From Raillietiella orientalis (Eukaryota), in assembly GCA_036172245.1 (NCBI GenBank), contig JAYWIR010000021.1, positions 1,860,001 through 1,924,000 of the forward strand: DNA of 64,000 bases, given 5' to 3'. Below are positions 50,301 through 59,624 of the stretch, piece after piece. The position numbers and the translations under genes are program-made. Every line of letters starts with the position of its first letter. The stretch's first letter is position 1. The notes beneath the pieces are model-generated. The model saw only the letters and a program-made list of their open reading frames with translations. It was not told where the DNA came from and searched no databases.

Positions 50301-53300
50301 AGGGGACCTTCCTTATTCTCTCCGAGGGGACCCCTGGAGAGGTCCACTGCATTTTTTCTTTTCCAAAGGGAACCCGGAAAGGATTTTCTAGTAGGAATTT
50401 CTTCACCGAATGGAACCAGTCAGGGAACCGCTCCCTGTCTTCTCTGAAAAGAACCGCGAAGGGATCGGCACGCTTCTTTGAACTCTTCAGAGGAGGGGTC
50501 CACTCCTTCGCACAACCGGAGGGGAACTTCCACTCCCTGATTCTGTTTCCTGGAAGAACTTGGAGGGTCGACTCCCAATCCGGCCACTCATCGGAGGCAC
50601 CGCCGCATCCGAATAGAGGCCAACCAGCGTCATCTTGCAGGAGGAACTCGAACCCATTTCTTAGGGGGTGGATTTTTGCCGAACATTCGAACCCGCGACG
50701 CTTGGTGGCGCCACACGCGGAGACCTCAGCAGCCTCATGGCCTCAACGTTTGTATTTGTGTGCGTGTGGCCCTCGGACCTTTTTTGGAAGGGGAACCATT
50801 CTCGCTGCGAGGCGTGCTAATGGAAGTCTTAAATCAGGTGATGTGCTGCGTCATCATGGGAGCCTTGATGGGCAGATGTTCCACAGAAATGTCCAGGAGT
50901 GAGAACGCGGACTGGTAGAGCCAAATGCGGCTACAATATCAAGGAGGCACGTTGCAGAAAAACACGTAACAGTTGGCCCCATCGTGATGTACCCATAGCA
51001 TCGCACTCTTGCTTACAAATAGGAAACATTTCTTCATGTGAAGTCGAAGGCAGGATTGGGCTCTTGCTCGCTAGAAGCCTACCAACTGTCATCGAGGTTG
51101 CGGCGCTGTTGGGCATCCTGACTTTCACGTTCTCGCATAAGATCCTTCGCAGACTGGGCGGCAAGGACAACTTTCGTTTCCACCGGCTGCACGACGGCAG
51201 GAAATGCCAGCGTAGACTTTCCGTCACGCTTGTTTGCTCGACTTTGCTGGTCAACACCAACACCAACACCAATACCACTCCTGCGACCAAGAGTTCATTC
51301 ACAAGAATCCACCCGTCTCCTTCGCTTGGCTCGGGAATGTCTTGAAAAGTGAAATGTGTTGAGACTGACATGGCTCCATAAGGAACCCTCCGGGTAACCG
51401 GAGAAGGAACAACAAGATGCTCTTGCATAACAGTCAGCCTTTTCCGACCTATTTTTTTTCGATCCAAATCTCACTGTGGTGAAATCTAGGTGCCTGTTTT
51501 CATCTTCTGACTGCTTTTTCTGTTTTCCCTTACCACAAGAGTGCAATAGCTTGGCCGTCGTTTCGGGTTTAAAACGCCTCTGGCATCACATAGAGTCCTA
51601 AACTGAGGCCAAGGCCTTTGCAAAGACATTTCCTACTTTAACCCACTTCGACCCTACTGAAGGCTGCACGCCTACTGGAGACCTTTCGCTCCCGCACATC
51701 TACGAAAGCAGAGGATCTGCGAGCCAGAGCCCAGCAGCACCTGCGTTGCCATGTTTGCAAGATAAAAGAAAAGAACTCGCCCTTGATGATTCGGCGTTAA
51801 AATCCCCTGATTACTTGCTCCAGACGCACACTGCGATGCGCACCCATTTTTTTCGAGGTCGAGCAACCGGAATAAAAAAAACACACGCACACACGCACAA
51901 AAGAAACTCTTCTTCCTCACTCACCCCTCCCTTGCCCTATTCTCTGGAATCGATCATATGGAGCTCCATCTACTCAGATCGAAACGTCGCAGCACTGCTC
52001 CCGTGTCCGCACTCACCCTTCCGACACTCACCTTCAGCAAAAGAGTTCCTGGTTTCGAAGAGTCAGATATCTGCGTTTCGTATCTCGGCCTGGGGAAGTA
52101 AATGGCAGGCAGCCCACCGCGGACTTCGATGGCGACTTCAGCCTCCTCTCGAGGAGCCATTTCATTACTGGCTTGCCTGGCAACGACCTACTTACCAATT
52201 ACAGGATCTTAGAGAACAGTTTACTCTTTAGATAGAGGAGGGGGTGGGGGTGGAGGTCATTCTCTACTAAGAATGTAGCATCTTTGGTCTCGTTTCACGA
52301 AAAGACAAGCGGCAAATCCAAACTGTCATCAAACTTATCGATCTCGTACAAGGAGCCGCTGGAGACACCGAACATCATGGTACACACGAGAAAGACGTTT
52401 GGGATCAAAAAACGAAGCTTGCTGTACACCACTAGCCCTCAGTTAAACTCCCATATGCATCCAAAAATCATAATGAGCGCATCATGATCTTTTTGATTTG
52501 AAGGAAGGACTGACACATTAATTAACTGATCTTTCCTTTACTAATTATTTCGATGCGTCAGAAAAATCAGCTGAACGTCAATTATCATTAAGAGAAGTCT
52601 GCTTTAAATCTCGGCTCTTCGGAGTCATAGGAGAGCAAAAATCGAATGCAGGAGCCGGAGGCATCAGAATCCAGAAACTTCTTCGTGGATTGCGCAATGC
52701 CGCCGGGTGCCCCAAACTATCACAGGCAGTTCTTTCGGGCGTTTCGGCATCTCCGAGGATCTACGAAAAGCAACCCGGAATATTCACCTTCAAGGAGAAT
52801 GCCGTGCGTTCCGTTTCCAGGAGCGTCCTGTTCCCCTTCAGCCTCACGACGAACTCTGCTTCTTTGCAGAACAGAGCTGGGAATACGTCGAACACGCCGT
52901 GGTCCTCTTCGAGGAACAAGGAGTAGCACGCACCAGCCACCTGGCCACAAAAGAAGGGGAGTCAAATTCACACGCCGACAGCAGCCTGCGGCAACAGTCA
53001 GGCCGAGTGACTTCTGCAATGAGCGGAGAGCGGAGTTTCGGACAGCGGGACAAAACATCGCGAAAACAACTCTGAAGAACGAGGCAGGGAGATCCAACTC
53101 GAACATGCAGTTCTCGAGGGTCATCGTCGCGGGATGGAAGACGCTCTCTTCAGCAACAACTTTTTTTCTTTTCTCTTCTCATTTCCTTTCCGTTATCCTT
53201 CATCCGGCAAGGAGAAGATCAGCCAATGACACGAGGCCTTCCAGACGGAGAATCCGGCCCCACCCTCGCGAGGAATTTCTCCGTGGGGATTGGCTCGAAC

Positions 53301-56300
53301 GGAACCCAAGGATGAGGAAAGCAGGAAGCGTGGGTGAGGCGCTGGAAGAGAAGCGATTCGATCCCGCCCCCGCGCTTGCGGATCTCAGAGCTGCGCTTCA
53401 GCGACTCCATCCGGAACCAAAGCACAGCTCGGGGGCGCCGCTTGGAACGCTCTGCCCTCCCGGGCGTCTCCACGGGTTCCCGAGCGGTGAGCCTGCTGCC
53501 GCTTCCAGGGCGATCTGCGAACCCCTCGGACGACGAACTCGAGGGAAACGAAACTGGGAGTCACCTCCGAGGCCAAAAGAGGTCTCTTCGCATTCCTCGT
53601 TTACCAAAAGGAAAACCCGGAAGGAGCTGATTCAGCGTGTCCAGACAAAGGAAGGCATTAGCCGCTCCCTCCCTGTCACCGTTCCATCTCTACCTCGTCT
53701 CATTCCCTGCTAACGTCCCGAGTCGCTGCTTCGTGAGCTTTCGCTGCTTCCAGAATTCCAGCTTCCCCCTCCCCATCAGGCTCAGTCGCTGCCATTCGTT
53801 TCTTTTGTCCGCTTCCTGCCCTACCGAATGCTTCCGTCTCGTCCAGAGTGAGCAATGCAGGAAGTCTTCTTCAGCCTAGTATCTGTCTGAGGCACATCTC
53901 TCTCGTCCATCTCCTCACCCACGGGAGGCACGGTCGCTCTCTCCTCCCGAAGAACTTGGGTCTGTCTTCGACCTTTGCGGTGTTCTCGATGTTGGGTCCA
54001 CCCATCCACAAAATGCTCACCCTTGCTCGAATTTGCCATTCGCTTCTCTTGGGGATGCCGAGCCACTTCAAACGGAAATGGCACTTCAGCATCCTCAGAA
54101 GACAACTAGCTAGTCACCGGACTGTCCAAAATGAGACCCCGTAAGAGACTTCGACCCCTCAAAGGGGTGAAACTTTATCCAGCAACCTCGGAAGAGAGAC
54201 GGGATCCATGTGCATCATGCACACTCGAGCCCTTGAGTTGTGGAAGTTTCTGGAATAGCTGCCTGCAACCGCGCGGACCATAGCATAACAGCACGGAATT
54301 CGTGGTCGTCGAAGGACCAGCTGCCTCATCACAACTGGCTGGAGAGATTTCAGCCGTTCCTGTGAGAAGTTTTGAAACGATCACGGGGTGTACATGCAGC
54401 TACTCCTTTCTCGGGTCAATCCGAGGTCCACTTCTTTTATTCTGGTTTCGTGGAGGATCACACGACCAAGCCAAGCTTGCATCTTACTCTCCGCACGGAA
54501 GAAGCTCGAATTGCGTTTTCACATCTTCAGTCTGCTCCCTCCAGCGGGAGTGAGGATTCTTGTACGACCCGTTCGATCGGACGTTCCGACCCCCCCCTCC
54601 CCTTCCTTCCGGACCAAAACCTTCCCTCTGCTCCACAGCTCGAAAAGTATCGTACTAGAAGAACTGCGGGAGAGATTCAAAAGTGCGAAAGAGTGGCGCC
54701 AAAAGCCAAGGCACGAGTCAAGCGAAGGCGCGGGGGGTCTGGCGGCGACGCGGCACCGGCCTCAGGGGTGGAGGGAATGAAGGAGGCCCGCTTTGTGGTG
54801 CTTGGCAGAGGGCAGAGCGGCGGGGGTCCTTAGCTTCCTGATGTGCCGCGCGGCTGCCGGGAGAGCGCTTGACCTCCGGGTGGGGCGAGAAGTGCGCCGC
54901 AGTTCCCGCAGCAGTGAAGTGGGGAATCTCTGCCTCTCGTCGCGGTCACTGAGGTCCGTTGGTATGCCAACGGGTCGAACGACGAAGAGGCGCATCGTGT
55001 CCTGCGCGTTGCGCCCTTTCGACCTGGTACTCCTACAGGAGACTATCCTCGAGATGGGTATTATCTCTACTGTACTGGAGATGGGCGTTTGGCTTAATTT
55101 CTTAGGATCCACAGGACGTTTCCACAAATTCCAGGGAGCACCAATTTTCCTTCTCCGCCGGTGTCTCAGCAACCGAACACCCATTTTCTCTTCCCGCCAA
55201 GAACGCCAGACTCTTAGTTTCCGACTTCGTTTTGAGTTTCCGGGAAATTCCGGGGAGCTCGAAGTTTCGCATCTCATTTCTTCCTTCCTTCCTGCTGCTG
55301 CCGTCCTCACAAGTGCTGGGCAACATCTTTCGGTTTGCATGCCGCATGCAAACCGAATGCTTTCAGTTCGTTGCTCGAGGAAGCGTACAAGACAGGAGGC
55401 GTGGCGAAAATTCTCTTCAATGCCTCGGATCGTTTTTGTTGATGATCCCACCTTCTATCAGCATCCATTAGTTGGAAGCCTTTTTCGAAGGTTCCCACCA
55501 ATGGTTTGGTTTGGCTCAAGGTTCGACAGCACCACGAGCACGGTTGCGTCCCCGCACCCATCTTTGCGCCATCATCAGAAACAACAGCTCTGCTCATCAC
55601 CGCGCGGCCAACTCGCGAAAGTTGCGAAGTCTGTTGCCAGGGTATCACAGAAAACCGTCCGATCCTTACCTGAGTTAGGGCGATCACTTTTGGGGTCGGA
55701 GGCTGGCGGATGTAGACCGAAGAGGCGGGCGGACTGTTTCTGGCGATGCGTCCAAAGAATCTGAAAGAAGAGGAAGGACTCGCAGACTTGCTTTGGAGAA
55801 TTGGTGGTTCCGCGCATGTCATTCCCGTAGAAATTTTCGAAATGTCTTTTGCTCCGTCTCGTTTGGCACTCGCAACTCGCAACTCAGTTCCGATGGTGCA
55901 GCGAGCGTCTCAGCAACAAGCAACCTCTCATCAATGGAAAAAAAAAAAAAAAAAAAGGAAATGGATATTCGTCAAGAGGCGGTTTCCAGGCGACTGCAAG
56001 CGTTCGCGGACAGACGGATGGTAGAGCACGAGTGCTGCAATCCTGCAATCGAGGACAAACCGAGTTTCTTCCTGCTCGACCGAGGTGACGTCATTTCTGA
56101 GTCGTGAGCACGGAACGGGAAGGAACACAAATACTCACGCACGTGCGCGACACGCCCCCGACTTACTTGTTGCTGGAAAACTGCAGCAGAACACCAATTG
56201 ATGACGTGATGATGACTGCCAATTCGGCCACGGAGCTCAAAGCAGGGTATGGAGACACTTCGGTTACAACTTCTTCTGCAAGCACTCTCAGAAGAATCGG

Positions 56301-58273
56301 TTCGTTCCTTGCGAGGGTCAGGATTCTGGCAGCGGAGTCGGCCAACGCGATCTTCCCTAGTGACAGGTCATTCTTGCAATCATGCAATCAGTTTGTCGGT
56401 TCCTATCATCATCAGTCGTTTCGGAAGCGCCCTTTGGCCAACCCCGGAAAAAACTTCAGCCCGCGATCAACACAAGAAGGCCGCGCCGGAAACGAAAATC
56501 GGCAGTCTCACTGAGGTCTGCAAATTGGAGAGGAGGCTCATTTTATCTGGAAGCGCATCCCTTGGGATGCTGCAATGCAACGTGTGCGCGAGCAAGCAAA
56601 ATCTATCAACTGTCATTCGAGCCCAGTTGGAGCCTTCATGCTGAGCGGCATCCACCGATGCCAAATACTTCATCGCAGCATCCTTTGAGCGGCTCATATT
56701 GCGGACCGGCTGCGCACCTGAAAGGGACGACATCCATCCCATCGTCTTTCATGGTTTCTACACGTGGGGCACTTCAGTTGGGAGCAGATCAGCAGCCAAA
56801 GACTTCCCTTGCTTCCTTCAATGAGGTTGATCCTGTTCTCGAATTTCCACCAAAGGTCGATCGTCTGCGAGGTCGTCTCCAAGTTTCCGGTCTACACTTT
56901 TCTAGAAGTGGAGCGAATGAGCCCATTCCTGGCGCTCCACCACGTTCTGCAAGGCGTGGCTTGTGGGTCTGTGCCTGAAATCCCCATTCCACGGATTCAG
57001 ACTTCCGGGGATTCCCACCGAATTCTCAATAGATCGAACGCGGAGCCCTCGGATGGCGTCCCGGGGGAACCCTTTTAACAATAGAGGTGTGCGGAGGAAT
57101 GCAGAATCTGCAAATCCTGAAGTCCTGGAAACGATCGCATAAGGTCAGGTCTGCAAAGGCGTCTTGATGCTGGAACTGCTGCATCGCCCCAAGTGCGAAG
57201 TAGGCGCGAAGGAACGACCCTCTTCAACCCTTGCTTCTGCGGTACCTTTTCATGACTGTGTTTTTGCCTCTAGCAACGAGTCCCGCTACTGTCGAGAGAA
57301 GCTAGCAACGCCGAATCGAACAGGAAGGCAACTGACGTGGAAAACGAATCCGGAAATGCCTTATCGAGATCCTGGCCTCAGCATCTCTGGAATCGCAAAA
57401 CGAATGCTCGTTCGACGAAACAAAGGAAATTCCGCATCTTCAGTGAGGGGAGACCTACCAAAGAGGGAACCCTGCAACCGGGCTTCTGCCGATCGGAGTA
57501 AAGGTCAGGACGGAGATCATCCTCGAGTACGTTCATCCGGAGGAATGAATCCCGCGGATGGCTGGGAGCGTGTGGGAAGAAATGCTTCTATGGAGACTGA
57601 CCAGCCCCTTCCGTTTATGAGCTGCTCGAAAACTCGCCACGCAGCCGAGGCTGCCGATTGGCAGGAGCTGCCCGCCGGCATTCGAACTCGTCAGAGTTCC
57701 GCGGTCGTGGTGGTCCGGAGCAGTTCTTTGGGTGTGTTGTGTGTGTCCTTCGTCTCGGCTGCTGATCCGCGATATCGGAATGAATTCCCTAAACGCGTGT
57801 GGAGAACACTAGAAAGACATCCCAAGCTGCAAAGCAAAGTCAAACGAGGGGAACGGATCAGAGGTGAGATGCGCTGGCGGTTCGGCTTCTGCTACAGACT
57901 TGGGTGCGCAGCCTCCTCAGTCCGAGGAAGAGGAAAGTTTCAAATCAAATGACCTGTGTGGGCTTCTATGCTGAAGTGCTGGGACAAGGAAAGGTTGTCT
58001 TGGAGAAGCATGTATCTGATGGATCTTGGAGATCCCCTGTCTCCATCCTCCGCTTTCACTTGAGTCACGAAGTCTCCCTAACAAACGAAAAGTCCATAAA
58101 CCTATTCTGATGAACAAAAACAAAAATATCACCGCTTGAAAGTGGTCCGGTATCCTGGTAACTGGAGGTGCTGACCAGAAAATGGGAGGAGTATCTTGCA
58201 GGTCGCGAACCAGGACGGTCACGGGCACAGCTACCAGATTGCGGTTGTCGTAATTTCTATTCGTGTATCCATT
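31025..58273 (-). CDS. Cad86C: Cadherin-86C-like protein, 5'-partial, at least 14 exons
   Basis: Phase-compatible exons: 58273-58133, 58077-57954, 56356-56167, 55760-55670, 52940-52788, 52187-52032, 49403-49259, 43677-43505, 43460-43373, 43317-43234, 40970-40769, (38620-38536), 32679-32570, 32506-32388, 32328-31025. Colinear with insect Cad86C as I recall it (DNRNLVAVPVTVLVRDLQDTPPIFWSAPPVT, VKAEDGDRGSPRSIRY, TM helix, C-terminal KKSVFTIAYD). Exon structure between 40769 and 32679 is incompletely resolved. Confidence 0.9.
32388..32506 (-). CDS. Cad86C: Cad86C-like juxtamembrane exon
   Basis: Reads ttccag|G-NGGHCNSRRWSARRRSGGSIADLIDTLTHG. The phases bridge the TM and terminal exons. The donor is either the GT at 32387 or an upstream GC. 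Confidence 0.7.
32570..32679 (-). CDS. Cad86C: Cad86C-like transmembrane exon
   Basis: TQALPVNGSLHWLTVLLLILVCLVVVALAYFCCRQH, ending at a GTAAGT donor. Confidence 0.9.
32860..33825 (+). mobile_element. SINE-like repeat, copy F (longest)
   Basis: Head GGCCTTGTGGTTAAGG..CCGCGTGTGGCACC..GCGTCGCGGGTTCGAAT, a body with repeated CCCTTCGGGG/CCCTCCGGAGA units, and the family tail. Confidence 0.8.
33900..34240 (-). mobile_element. SINE-like repeat, copy G
   Basis: Reverse complement reads GATCGCGTCTTGGGTCTTCGAG...GACGCCGGTTGGCCCACGGGCTTCGG...GGGGTCCTTCCGG. Confidence 0.7.
35060..35720. repeat. AT-rich island related to 29180-29525
   Basis: Abrupt AT-rich block sharing TTAAAGATTATAAAA and an inverted match to the ATGAATGTTGATGGA segment. 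Confidence 0.55.
35729..37230 (+). mobile_element. Tigger/pogo-family DNA transposon fossil, internally deleted
   Basis: Transposase motifs IENMQKAWM, KFKGEAASADEDDAENY, LDNAPGRP..EHPNAKVVFLPP, NACWKAMWPEVV and GGFDD...LTDAEL. Degenerate TIRs CAGTACTTTTTATACGCGG and CCGCGTCAAAAAAATCCATGTG. Confidence 0.85.
38536..38620 (-). CDS. Cad86C: Probable Cad86C-like exon
   Basis: Reads ttgctttgcag|G-TGGVATVDFSSGFPATVQTVEDGAEIRK|GTGACG and is phase-compatible with its neighbours. Confidence 0.55.
39215..39380 (-). mobile_element. SINE-like repeat, copy H (tail only)
   Basis: Reverse complement reads GTCACACGCTTCCTCAGGTGGCGTGGGCAGTG...GGTTCTTCAGCACTT. Confidence 0.7.
40769..40970 (-). CDS. Cad86C: Cad86C-like exon
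   Basis: Poly-T acceptor, GNPLKKLVTMVLINL..., GTAAGT donor. Confidence 0.8.
41880..42060 (-). pseudogene. Decayed duplicate of two cadherin exon parts and the intervening GC-AG intron
   Basis: Aligns by eye to 43390-43565. Reads DR*GVEVDESGDLEPSIRLE | MTNG*PGAAHEFGILEGNEMRIL. Confidence 0.85.
43234..43677 (-). CDS. Cad86C: Three Cad86C-like exons (43677-43505, 43460-43373, 43317-43234)
   Basis: DHLILVEAADARQ...SPIRLE | VAGGEPGARYRFSILEGNEMRILSMNSDT | GEISSDNK...LKIQIEEV, separated by 44- and 55-nt introns. Confidence 0.85.
45680..46070 (+). pseudogene. Unidentified coding fragment with stops and a frameshift
   Basis: Strong G/C bias at third codon positions over about 130 codons, two TAGs, and a one-base frameshift near 45963. 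Confidence 0.45.
46650..47255 (+). mobile_element. SINE-like repeat, copy I
   Basis: GTCGCGGGTTCGAACCCC, GATGCGTCGTGGGTTCGAG, the family core, and tail CACGCACCCTCGGGTGG...TTCTTGAGTACTT. Confidence 0.85.
49259..49403 (-). CDS. Cad86C: Cad86C-like exon
   Basis: VKAENRNSFGDLKYRLITPSPGVLRIEPNTGHVYL. Confidence 0.85.
50085..50745 (-). mobile_element. SINE-like repeat, copy J
   Basis: Reverse complement reads CTCCGCGTGTGGCGCC..GCGTCGCGGGTTCGAAT...GGGTTCGAGTTCC...GCACCCTCGGGTGG. Confidence 0.8.
52032..52187 (-). CDS. Cad86C: Cad86C-like exon
   Basis: VVARQ...YFPRPRYETQISDSSKPGTLLLK|GTGAGT. Confidence 0.85.
52788..52940 (-). CDS. Cad86C: Cad86C-like exon
   Basis: VAGACYSLFLEEDHGVFDVFPALFCKEAEFVVRLKG. 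Not in the ORF track; read by hand. Confidence 0.85.
55670..55760 (-). CDS. Cad86C: Cad86C-like exon
   Basis: FFGRIARNSPPASSVYIRQPPTPKVIALTQ|GTAAGG. Confidence 0.8.
56167..56356 (-). CDS. Cad86C: Cad86C-like exon
   Basis: GKIALA...EPILLRVLAEEV...PALSSVAELA, GTAAGT donor. Confidence 0.9.
57100..57900 (+). mobile_element. Possible decayed BEL/Pao RNase H-region fragment
   Basis: CNRAS...HPRVRSSGGMNPADGWER...PLPFM resembles the BEL motif VANRV...WxHVxSxxNPADxxSRG...GPxFL. Confidence 0.4.
57954..58273 (-). CDS. Cad86C: Two Cad86C-like exons (58273-58133, 58077-57954)
   Basis: NGYTNRNYDNRNLVAVPVTVLVRDLQDTPPIFWSAPPVT | GDFVTQVKAEDGDRGSPRSIRY, separated by a 55-nt intron. Confidence 0.93.
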
Positions 58274-58934
58274 CTAAAAGAAGAGAAGGGAGAGATACAT
58301 TTTCGTGGATTTGGGGTGAGTCGGTTGCTCTTTTTCTTCCGTTCGAGCAGCATTTCATCTCTCAGTGCGTCTGGATGCTGCTTTCATGCGGAGGTGTTCG
58401 CTTCGAGGCTGCTGCACACCACGCAGGATCGACGGCGCGATTGCTGGAAAGCAGCGAGTTCTTCACGATCATCCGTGAACTTCACATGGAAGCATCACCA
58501 GCTTGGTCACTCGGTCAAGGGAACTATGGCAACAGGACGTGCACTCCACATTATCAACACATTCTTGGATACTTTGAGAACAGTGCAAACAGCCGTGAAA
58601 CCATGGGCTTGAAACCAAGGAAACCGCATCTCCAACGCATCTAGCATGGATGATGGTCTCTTCGAATGCACACCTGCCCATCCGTTTCGGGAATCAGGCT
58701 TGCCATTCTGCAGAAGCATGGTTCCCGAAACCGAAGCTCTGAAGATGGTTTTTGTTTTAAAAAAAAAAAAAAAAAAGACAGAAAAAAAATTGACTATTCA
58801 AAACAACGAGCGCAGTGTAAGATCAGACGGGTCATCTAAAAAACATCACACTCTAAAGATAGAGTGAAATGAGGGACAGAATGAATCTGGATAGAAGCTT
58901 GGAGACTAAATATGGAATGAAACAGAAATCGTGG

Positions 58935-59265
58935 ACAGGAACATTTCTTCTCGGGGTACCTTTGAGAGAAGAAATAAGGAATGGTCCCCTTCGTGGGGTC
59001 CCTCCGGATAGAATAGGGAAGAGGTGCCTTTCGTGGTTTCCTACCAAGCGTAAGAGGAACGGACTCCCTTTTCCAGAGCCTTTCTGGATTCTTATCTGGA
59101 TTCATTCCTCTCGGGTTAGCCCCTACCTATAACTTGAAGAGTTACACGCGCCCTCGGGTGGCGTAGACAGTGGTAAAGAGATTCGTGAGCCTCCTTGGGG
59201 GCGCGACCTCGGGGGGGGGGGGTGAGTGGTTCTTCAGCACTTCGCGAGACCCCCCTCCTCCCCCA
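58935..59265 (+). mobile_element. SINE-like repeat, copy K (body and tail)
   Basis: GAGGAACGGACTCC...TTACACGCGCCCTCGGGTGGCGTAGACAGTG...GTTCTTCAGCACTT. Confidence 0.75.
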
Positions 59266-59624
59266 AAAAAATTGGAACAGAGTTGCGTGCACTGAGGCTT
59301 CGTCATGATTTCAAGCTGATCGATAGTTACGGCCATCCTTTTCAAAGGAAATTTCCCTGATTCGTCCATTCTAAGTGGACCGAATGCAAAGCAGCCGATG
59401 TGGATGCCTCGTGTGGATTCGACACGGAGGATTCCAAGTGACGACAGTCAGGTTTCTGGATGGCAATTTCAAGTCATCCTTGGTGTTCACAATAGGCAGG
59501 CAGCGTTCTTCGGGCAGTGAAAGAAAGACTGTATTCACATATTCAAGCGTTTATTTTCATAGAACAAATAACATGGGCATCATTTTTAATGGTATCACAT
59601 GTGAGTATGCCGTTTTCATCATTC

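Noticed and set aside
53850..55300. Possible additional BEL gag/protease remnant on the minus strand
   Set aside because: Only scattered 4-6 residue resemblances.
52646..55764. Long + strand ORFs of 355 aa and 323 aa
   Set aside because: No recognisable domains, Arg/Ser-rich composition, and they overlap real minus-strand exons.
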